From positions 1 through 64,000 of IMG/VR virus record IMGVR_UViG_3300017917_001123: DNA of 64,000 nt. One strand, written 5' to 3'. Numbering within the stretch: position 1 is the stretch's first letter; each line of letters starts with the position of its first letter. The notes beneath the pieces are model-generated. The model searched no databases, had not been told where the DNA came from, and saw only the letters and a program-made list of their open reading frames with translations. A program made the position numbers and the translations under genes. Below, piece by piece: positions 26,712 to 36,400 of the stretch.

Positions 26712-27263
26712 ATGACTTGGATCATTGATAAAACATTTGAATTCTGCTATGGTCACAGAGTTCACACACAAACATTAAACGGCGAATATGCCGCTGACCT
26801 AAAATGCGCTTGTCGCCATCTTCATGGACACGAAGGCAAGATGCAGGTATTCCTTACAGCACCGCAACTAGATAAAACTGGTATGGTTACTGACTTTAGA
26901 CACCTAGAATGGCTAAAGAAATGGATCAATACATATATTGATCATCAGTTTGTTATTGATAGGAACGATCCACTTTATGATAAAATTATTGGCAATCGTG
27001 GGCTTGTGCCTGTACATATTCCTGATACTGATCATGTCGCCGGATGGCATTTGGACCTCACTGGATTGGAGTCAAACTCTCCGGAGTATGAATATTACGA
27101 AGGGTTCATGGTAGTAGACTTTGTTCCAACTTCCGAAAAGCTCAGTGCTTGGATGGCTGAACTTGTAGAAGCCAAAATGAAGAAGCTCGGAGTAACTGTA
27201 CATCACATCGATTGGTGGGAAACTCCAAAATCTCGCTCTGTATTTTACCGAGACGGCTTGTAA
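26712..27263 (+). CDS. queD: 6-carboxytetrahydropterin synthase QueD-like
   Basis: GHR...CRHLHGH, GMVTDF, DH, PTSE, WET. Confidence 0.9.
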   Translation: MTWIIDKTFEFCYGHRVHTQTLNGEYAADLKCACRHLHGHEGKMQVFLTAPQLDKTGMVTDFRHLEWLKKWINTYIDHQFVIDRNDPLYDKIIGNRGLVPVHIPDTDHVAGWHLDLTGLESNSPEYEYYEGFMVVDFVPTSEKLSAWMAELVEAKMKKLGVTVHHIDWWETPKSRSVFYRDGL

Positions 27264-27292
27264 TGTTCCAGAAATCGTGTTATAATAGTAAC

Positions 27293-27466
27293 ATGATTTC
27301 ATATACTGTAACACTCGAAGAAGACCCCGCAACTGGCGAATTAATCATGCCATTTCCTCCCGACCTGCTTAACCAAATGGGTTGGGATTTTGGAGACACA
27401 ATTATTTGGCATGATAACCAGGACGGGTCTTTTTCTTTGACTAAGAAAGAGCAAGATGACAACTAA
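27293..27466 (+). CDS. AbrB/MazE-like small DNA-binding protein
   Basis: LIMPFPPDLL.QMGW..GD.I.W; leaderless after TATAAT. Confidence 0.65.
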   Translation: MISYTVTLEEDPATGELIMPFPPDLLNQMGWDFGDTIIWHDNQDGSFSLTKKEQDDN

Positions 27467-28487
27467 GCGAATTGGCTTTGCCTGTAAGTGGATCGACCAT
27501 GCCGGGCAAGTTGATGGCATCAAGCCCAAAGACGAATGTAAGATCTATAACACAGGAAGCACTACTGTGGCTTGGCTCAATCGTCAAACTAAGTCTGCGG
27601 CCGAAGAAAAGCTGTGGGATTTGATGAAAGGTAACATCGAATCTATTCGTAAACTAGTAACCAAAGTAGGAGAACAAGATGAGCACCTTAGAATGGTTCG
27701 CATTTCAAGCGATATTTTGCCTGTCTACACTGAGTCTAGTTGGCGGTATTTTTGGCAGTTACCTGACGTTCGACAATATGCGGAACGGCATTTTGCCGAA
27801 GTCGGTCGCATCGCACGTGATCGCAATGTGCGCCTTAGTTTCCATCCTGGGCAGTTTACCGTTCTTGCTAGCGATAATCCTGATATCGTAGAACGCAGTA
27901 TTGAAGAATTTGAGTATCACGTTGATATGGCTCGTTGGATGGGCTATGGACAAAAGTTTCAGGACATGAAAATCAACGTACATATCGCCGGTCGACAAGG
28001 TCCAGACGGCATCCGAAAAGTGTTAGGTCGACTAACACCCGAAGCACGTAACACACTGACAATCGAAAATGAAGAAATTACACACAATCTTGACACCTGC
28101 TTGGAACTTGCGGACGTGGTTCCAATCGTTCTTGACATCCACCACCATTGGATCAACTCTGGTGAATATATTCAACCTACTGATGACCGTGTTAAAAAGG
28201 TGGTTGATTCTTGGCGCGGCGTTCGCCCTACTTTACATTATTCTGTATCACGGGAAGAGCATCTTACTGACCATCCCGCAACCGTATCACCCTGTCTTAG
28301 TACGCTGATCGAAAGCGGGCACAAAAAAGCAAAGCTCAGAGCACATTCTAATTTCTACTGGAATACAGCAGTTAATGAATGGGCACTGAGCTTCTTGGAA
28401 ACGCACGATATCATGTGCGAATCTAAGGCTAAGAACCTTGCTAGCTTTGCGTTAGCCAGCGAGGCTGTTAAACTTAAACTGATTTAG
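27456..28487 (+). CDS. uvsE: UV-damage endonuclease (UvsE/UvdE)
   Basis: RISS, RLSFHPGQF, IEN, DIHHH, HYS, RAHS, E.KAK. Confidence 0.92.
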   Translation: MTTKRIGFACKWIDHAGQVDGIKPKDECKIYNTGSTTVAWLNRQTKSAAEEKLWDLMKGNIESIRKLVTKVGEQDEHLRMVRISSDILPVYTESSWRYFWQLPDVRQYAERHFAEVGRIARDRNVRLSFHPGQFTVLASDNPDIVERSIEEFEYHVDMARWMGYGQKFQDMKINVHIAGRQGPDGIRKVLGRLTPEARNTLTIENEEITHNLDTCLELADVVPIVLDIHHHWINSGEYIQPTDDRVKKVVDSWRGVRPTLHYSVSREEHLTDHPATVSPCLSTLIESGHKKAKLRAHSNFYWNTAVNEWALSFLETHDIMCESKAKNLASFALASEAVKLKLI

Positions 28488-28752
28488 TAGTTTTTTTGCT
28501 ACGTGTAGTTTTTGCCTTAACAGCAGGTTTCTTAGCTTCTGCTTTAGGTTTACGGCCAGCTGTCTTTTTAGCGGCTGGCTTTTTCTTTGGCTCTGCCGCA
28601 GGTGCTGGTTCAGCAACAGGTGCTGGTTCAGCAACAGGTGTTTCAACCTTGTATGGTGCTGGAGCTTCAGCAGGTGTTTCTACTTTCTTCGCAGGACGGA
28701 AAAGTAGATAACCAGCAATAACAACAACAACAAGAATAACAATAATTTCCAT
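28474..28752 (-). CDS. Membrane-anchored Pro/Ala/Lys-rich protein
   Basis: N-terminal TM, PVAEPA tandem repeat, basic tail. Confidence 0.7.
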   Translation of the reverse strand: MEIIVILVVVVIAGYLLFRPAKKVETPAEAPAPYKVETPVAEPAPVAEPAPAAEPKKKPAAKKTAGRKPKAEAKKPAVKAKTTRSKKTTKSV

Positions 28753-28867
28753 AATAGGGGTTTCCTTTAAAAAGTATGTGTTTTATTTACACCTATAAAT
28801 ATCAGAGAAGAAGAAAAATCTGATGCGTGACTTGCTTTGCTAACTAATAACATAGTATAATAACAGT

Positions 28868-29602
28868 ATGCTGAAAATAAAAAATCTAACCGCAGTAGCA
28901 CACGAACAACAAGTACTAACTGACATCAACTTACAAGTCGAAGAAGACGAAGTCCATGCGATCATTGGCCCAGAAAAAGCTGGAAAAACAGCCCTAATGT
29001 ACGCACTTGTTGGGTTACCTTATATAGAGGTAGCTGAAGGAACTATACACTATAAACGTAAAAAAATAAACGCTATGCCTATGCATGAGCGTAGTTTGAG
29101 CGGCATTGTTGGTGTATTTCAAGAAATGATCGAAGTGCCTAATTTAACAAATTGGGAGCTCTTAGAAGCTGTTTTAAAATATCGCAAAGATCCAAGAAAC
29201 ATAGACGATCTAAAAGAACTATATGTAACTCATTGCTTAATGCTAGGGCTAGATCCAATCCACGGTGATTTAGAAGCATCAAGCGACACAATGGACTATG
29301 AGCAAGCAGTTAAAAACGAACTGCTGATAATGTTCATGCTAAACCCTAAACTAGCACTAATTGATAACTTTGATGAAAAGTTAGACGAAGAAAATAAAAA
29401 GTTGCTAGCCGAAAGCATTGCTGATATGGCACACGCCGGTGGCCGAGCAACTATTGTATTTTCAAAAAACAAAGCAGTATTAGAAACAATCAATCCTACT
29501 CATGTACACGTTATGGTTGATGGAAAGCTAGTACTATCTGGTGGAAAAGAATTATTACAAAGGATAGAAGAAGATGGGTATTCAGAGCTTTCTGCAAGCT
29601 GA
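28868..29602 (+). CDS. SufC-like ABC ATPase (degenerate motifs)
   Basis: EVHAIIGPEKAGKT, PTHVHVMVDGKLVLSGG.EL...E..GY; Walker B DN, no signature or His. Confidence 0.75.
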   Translation: MLKIKNLTAVAHEQQVLTDINLQVEEDEVHAIIGPEKAGKTALMYALVGLPYIEVAEGTIHYKRKKINAMPMHERSLSGIVGVFQEMIEVPNLTNWELLEAVLKYRKDPRNIDDLKELYVTHCLMLGLDPIHGDLEASSDTMDYEQAVKNELLIMFMLNPKLALIDNFDEKLDEENKKLLAESIADMAHAGGRATIVFSKNKAVLETINPTHVHVMVDGKLVLSGGKELLQRIEEDGYSELSAS

Positions 29603-30404
29603 AAAGGGTGATCCGGATTGGCTGTTTAGTCCAGATGAATATTTTGGAAAACAATTTAAACTATCGGACGCAAATACTATAGAGCTAAAGGACGGAAGGA
29701 CCGATAGCATTACTCTACGCCTAAGTCCTAACGAATCAGGAATGCTAGCCAAGCATCTTCGTATTGATGTTAGGGAAGAAGCAACTCTCGACTTAATTGT
29801 TATTAACGAATCTAGTCCCAAAACACAGCAGGTCTTTATCTACGATATTAAAATTCGTGAAGGCGGCCTTTTAAACCTAGGGATCTTTGCCAAGGGCGGA
29901 AAGTTTAACAAACATATATTTCAAGTAAGCATTGAAGACGGTGGAAATTTTGCCAGCTATGGTTACATTAGCAACAACGACGGCGGCGATACTGAGGTCA
30001 TTACCAAAGTCTTTCAACAGGGCGTACATTCATTGTGTACGCAGTTAATTGGAGCCCAGGCCGGAAAAGACAGTCAAACAGTCTATCAAGGAATGGTTCG
30101 AATTGACGGTGAAGCAGAACTTGCTGAAGCTGGCTTAGAAAGCGTTAACATTGTTACAGGAGATAACGGTCGTTGCTGGAGTAGACCAGAAGTGTTGAGC
30201 GAAACAATTACAGCAAAGACCCGATACGGAAGCCAGACAACTTGTTTAGATAGCAACATTACCTATTATCTAGCAAGTAAGGGGTTGCCACCAGAAGTAT
30301 CTCAAAAGGTTGTACTTAACAGCTTTCAAACTCCAATCTTTAACCTTGTTAAACAGGAAGATATTCGAGAAGAAGTAGAACAGTTATTCAATACGCAAGA
30401 ATAA
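29574..30404 (+). CDS. SufD/SufB-like beta-helix protein
   Basis: YQG.VRI..A..A, SRPE, YYLASKGL. Confidence 0.7.
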   Translation: MGIQSFLQAEKGDPDWLFSPDEYFGKQFKLSDANTIELKDGRTDSITLRLSPNESGMLAKHLRIDVREEATLDLIVINESSPKTQQVFIYDIKIREGGLLNLGIFAKGGKFNKHIFQVSIEDGGNFASYGYISNNDGGDTEVITKVFQQGVHSLCTQLIGAQAGKDSQTVYQGMVRIDGEAELAEAGLESVNIVTGDNGRCWSRPEVLSETITAKTRYGSQTTCLDSNITYYLASKGLPPEVSQKVVLNSFQTPIFNLVKQEDIREEVEQLFNTQE

Positions 30405-30482
30405 CTAAATACCCTATAATACGATAAACCTCGAGTTTGGGGCTGTTGCGGCCCCAATAAATATAGTATCGTAGGGGATAAA

Positions 30483-33400
30483 ATGGCAACTACTTCATCA
30501 AATAGACTAATAATTAACCTTGGTTCGCAAGCAAACGATGGTACAGGTGACGCAATTAGAGCGGCATTTGACAAGGTTAATCAAAACTTTGAGACAATTT
30601 TCAACGTAGCAGGTATCGGTTCGGGCCTGTTATTCACTAAACTAGCAGATGCTCCAAGATTGCTGTCGGCCAACAAAATGTTGGTTACAGACGCAACAGG
30701 TTTAACTGTAACACAAATGTCTATAGTTGGTGCCCAGGGCATCCAAGTAACTGTAGACCAAGGCCAAAAGCGTGTTTTAATTGACGCAACAGTAACAAAC
30801 TTAGTTAACGATCCTAACCCAGTTCTTTCTAATAACTTGAGCGGCGGTGTTGTTAATCGCGGTATAAATTTTGCTGATCCAGTTGATGATCAAGACATCG
30901 CAACAAAGAAATGGATCTACGATAACTTCCTAAATCGCGATTCTAACTACCAATACATTTCAAGTACAAACCCAATCACAGGTGCCAATGTTACATCTAC
31001 GATCGTAGAAGGTAGCACACTACGCCACAATATCCAAATTCAGCCTACAGGTGTAAACACAGCATCTAACGCAGGAAAGGTTATTACACTATTTGACAGC
31101 GACGGTGTTAGCCTAAAAGACTTTGATGTGTCAGTAGGTGCTTGGAGACCAAGCCACGTAACTCGTAAAGATTATGTTGATACAAAGATTTCTTTACAGG
31201 GTATCGACACCATTGATCCAGAGACAGGACAAATTAATCCTAGCTTTGGTCAGATGACCGGACCTCTATACCTATCGAGAGATCCGCGAGAACAAGACCC
31301 AGGCAACGTAGCCGCAACAAAGGCCTATGTCGACTCTGTAGGTTTTCCAAGCCGTCAAAACTTTTATGTAAGTTTGAATGGTAGTGATGCTCGTTATGAT
31401 ATTCCAGCATACAAGCGAGGACGTTCTTTTGCTTGGGCTTTCCGTACAGTTAACAAAGCCGCTCAGGCCGCATTACAGTATTCCAAAGCATCTGAAATTA
31501 AGCTAGGTGTTTACCAGCGTGTTATTACTTCTAACAACTACAAAACTCCTGTTGAGATTTTAAGTATTGGTCCAGGAACAATTTCTGGAACATATAAAAT
31601 TAGTGTAACCTACACAGGCGGAAACGGTACTGATCCTTTCATTGAAAGAAGTATTCGTCCAGGACAGTTCTTACAAGGTATTAGTACAAACGCAATTGGT
31701 GAAATTCTAAACGTTGCTTTAGAGCCAGCAAGTAACGTCGAAGAATACTATGAAGTCCGTTTAGTCGACTACGCAGATACATTCGAATCACCTATTACTC
31801 CTAGCGACCTAGCAGGTGAAGTAACATTTACTCTGTTTGAGCCAAACTTAATTGAGATTCCAGATTTCTGGATCGGTTATAAGTTTGTAGTCGATAGTGT
31901 AGCAGGCGGCGGTGTCGGTGAAATTATTGGATTCGATTTATACTACCACCCTAACGGTAACATTTATAACCAAGTTATTGTTAGAATGAGCGAGCCATTA
32001 AGTAGCACAAACATTATTAGTGGTGACAACTGGCACGTTTATTCTGGTTACTTCAGCGTTGGCGAATCTTTACGCTACGGTCAAAAGTATAACAAACTAG
32101 AAATTTCTATTCTTGTTGAGTCTGGCGAATTTAACGAACAGCTACCGATTAGAATTGGCGACAACATTTCTGTTAAAGGTGATGAATTCCGTCGTACAAT
32201 GATCAAGCCAGCCTACGTTAGAGGTACAGCACGTTGCGGTATTTCTACAAGTAAGTGGGCTAACATTTGGTTCCGCAGAGACACGCAGATTGACGGTATT
32301 ATTGTTACACAATTAAACACATCAACTGATTATGCGGCTCTAACTACAGCAACTCCAGATGGTGTAACAAACGATGCTTCAACAGAAGTAATCACATTTA
32401 CACTAGGCTCAGGTACTGCTGATCCAGACTGGATTAAGAAAGTCTTTATTGGAGCAGGTGGCCGAGGTGAAATTAAAGCAGTTCTAGGTAATACATTCAC
32501 GGTTGACATTGCTGAAAACGACAACGGTATTAGAAGAATCGATAGTGCGGCACCTATTGCCGCAGGTGATTGGAGCATTTATGAACCATACAACTTTGGT
32601 TACCATTACCTAAGAGATGCTAGCCGTCCATTAAACTTCTTAGCAGGTCCTAACCCAGGTGGTTACAACTTCGCTTCAAAGATTCTATTAGACAACATCG
32701 AGTTTATTAAGTCCGAAGTAATTGGTTGGATCGACCAAACATACAGTGGCGGATTTACATATAACGTAGCTGACTTCCAACGCAACACTGGATTGTTAGT
32801 CGATGCGGTTGCTCAAGATTTATTATTCAGCGGAACAAGCCAAGCAACATTTGCGGGCTTGTTAAATTGGAATCGAAACGGCGTACAATCTGCCTTTGCT
32901 GGCGGTGTAACTATTGCTTCAAATGCTGTAACATACATTAAAGAATTAGCACAGAAAGTTGTCCAGAAAGATTTAACAGGTACAAGATACCAAAGTGCTG
33001 TAACTCAAACAACATCTGGCATTGGAGCGGCAACTCCAGCAGAAGCATCTACAATCGCTGCCGACATAGATGTTATTCTAAATATTTTCTTGAACGGAAC
33101 AGCTGATGTTCAAGATACAATTATTCCAAACGGATTAACTAAGAGTTCAGATCCTGATGTACAGAATGCTCACGATTTGTTACAAGCAAACAAGCTCTAC
33201 ATCCAAGCAGAAGCTATTGCCTTTGTTGAAGCAACCAAAGCTAATGGATTTACATACGATCAAAACAAATACACTCAAAATTTTGGATTTATTGTTGACG
33301 CAGTAAGTACAGACCTTCTATACGGTGGTAATAAACAATCTGTCCAACTTGGAACATATTACTGGAACTTTGATGGCAGTTCATCAGCAATTGCAAACGA

Positions 33401-36400
33401 ACTTTCACAAACAGTTGCGGCTTATAACTACATCAAATCAATTCTGCCAGATATCATCCAAGGTACCGCTCTAGCAGTAACACAACAAAATACTGTTCCT
33501 CAAGTTATTATTGGCTACGGTCCAGGAGATGCTTCTGCTGTAACACAAGCACAGGCTAAGATTGATGTTGTTACTAACATTACTTCTAACGGTCCAAGTG
33601 TGGCTAGTGCTCAAAGCACATTACCGTTAACAAGAAGCACTGATCCAGATATTATCAACGGAGCAATTTTACTATCAGCAAACAGAACATTTATTATTGC
33701 TGAAACTATTGCGTTTGTTAATAATTCTTTCTTAACAGGATTTGTTTACGATAGAGAAACTTGCCGTAGAGACATTGGCTTAATTGTCGATGCGTTAGCA
33801 TTTGACTTAAAGAACGGTGATATTAACTCATCAATTAACGCGGCTGATAGCTATTACGCAGGCAATGTTCAACAAGTTCTTCAAAACGAACTAGCACAAA
33901 CTGTGGGCGCAATCGGTTATATTAATACTCTAGCGCAACAACTATTTGATCAAACTCCTATTACAACACTATACGGTTTTGTTCCACAGAGAATAGACAC
34001 TATTATTGGTGAAGTAGGGGCAAAGGCTCAAGTTACCAACCTAACTACAGCAATGCAGGGTATCTTAAACAACGATCCTGCGTTCAACCCACCTAAGTAT
34101 AACGACGAAATGGACATCTTCTTAATGAACGATGCGACCATGTTACGTTACTTAGGCGGTAACGGTCACGGTGGCTTTATGAAGGTACTTGACCCAGAAG
34201 GACAAATTAAATCTAAGTCACCATATACTCAGACATGTTCATCATTCTCACAGAGTATTGGCCGACACAGATTTGCTGGTGGTTTCTTTGTTGACGGATT
34301 CTGCGGTAACTTGCCATTAGTTACAGCAGCCGGTACAGCAAGTCCAGATACAAACGGTAACTTAATTTACATTCCAGTAACTGGCGTGAGACGTTTACCT
34401 GTATTCCCAACTTACTTTATTCACGAAGGTGTTAAGTACGAAGCGGACTACATGCAGAATTATGACCCAGTTAACCAAACTGGTACTCTTGTTCTAAACC
34501 CAAACAACCCAGGTGGTATTAGTTCCGTAAGTGTTAACAGCGGAAATACACAAAACGAATTTAAACCGAACGTTGCTCAACTACCAGTAACATTTAGTTC
34601 TCCAGGCACACCTGGTGGTGCTACTGCTCGTGGTTATGCTGTAACTAACGCATCTGGTAATATACAAACCATTGTTATCACATTCCCAGGTGTAGGATAT
34701 GTAACAGAACCAAGTGTTAGCCTAGGCGGTGCTACGTTTAACTTTATTATCGACGGCGGTGCTATTACATCAATGTCTGTCAACTACGGCGGTATTGGTT
34801 ATACAACAGGTACACAAATTAATATTGCAAGTCCAGGCGGTGCCGGGTTAACTGCTACCGCAACAATTACAGGTGTTGACGGACTTGGCGCAATTACTTC
34901 TATCAATTTAGTATCAGGCGGTACAGGATACACTAGTGTTCCAACTGTTACATTTGGTCGTCAAGTATTCAGCGCAAACTTAGTAAACGGCTTTATTGGC
35001 AATTTACCATCAAAACTAGAACTAATTACTGCTGGTAACCGTTCTATGTTAGCCAACGACTTTACACAGTTAAACGATTTAGGCTATGGTATTTTTGCTA
35101 CCAACGGTGGATTCATCGAAAACGTTTCGATGTTCACTTACTACTGCTATACCTCATACTACGCACTGAACGGTGCTATTCTAAGAACTATTACAGGTTC
35201 TACAGCTTACGGTACTTACGGTCTAGTCGCAGAAGGTTCAAACCCATTAGAGGTACCAACTGCGGTTACAATGTCAGACGAATTAACACAGATTGCTACT
35301 GTTTATAATCAGGCTCCGTACATTAACGCCAAAGGCGGTGCTGACATTTATGTAACACTAGACAGCACCTACGGTTACCCTCCATACTCTAATGGGGAAA
35401 TTGAGATCAATCACAACGGTATTAGAAAGACATATTCTCTAAGATCTGCTAAACAGATTTCTGGAAACTTATATGCTCTATCAATTGATTCAACCGGTGG
35501 TGGATTATACGCTATTGTTCCGAACGGCGAGCCGTTGACAATTCGTGTTAAGTTTATTTGGAGACTAGGCGGCTTAAATGCTAAGACATTAACTCGTCCA
35601 AGTACAGTTTTAACACTGGCGGAAAACTCAATTTACAACTACCGTATTCTAGAGTACACAGACTTAGGTAGTGACTATGCGTTAGCTGAAGCTGATCAGT
35701 CATATGACTACATTCAACTAACTCCATACAGTCAGAGTAACCTATATCGCCAAGGTGTTGGTCGCCCAACTATCAGCGTTGCTGGTAGTGGTTACACTTC
35801 GACAACTACACAGTATGGTGTAACATTTGACAGTCCTCCATCAAAGACTGCGGTAGTTAACGGTGTTCAGGGAACTGTTGATAGTCCAGTAACACAGTTA
35901 TCGATCGCAAGTTCTAGCGGAGCAATTCACCCTGGTATGAGAATTACTGGTGCTGGCGCTATTGCTAACCAGTACGTAACTTGGGTGAGCTTGGATAGAT
36001 CTATTATTCAAACAAGCCAGGCACAGGTTTGGTCGACTGCAAGTGCTACACTAACATTTGTTGGTACTACCGCAACTGGTTATGCCAAGGCCAACGGAAC
36101 AAGCATTACTGGAATCACAATTACTGATCCCGGTACTGGTTACGACACAGCGCCAGGTGTTACAATCGTACCCGGAAGTGGTGTACAAGCTCAGGCAACT
36201 GTTTCCTTAAGCGGTACAAGCGGAACTAACATTGTTAAGGTTCTTCCTTTAAATGGACAAGATACTGCTCGTATTAACATTGGACTAACAAGCCCAACTC
36301 CATACTATTACGTATTTGGTTACGAAGGTCAGACTTATAAGATTACAGATTATAAGACTCCTGTTCAAACAGGTCAAGCATGGGGCGAAATTCAAATTTC

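Noticed and set aside
28599-28640. 18-nt tandem repeat as a regulatory element
   Set aside because: Explained by the PVAEPA peptide repeat in the minus-strand ORF
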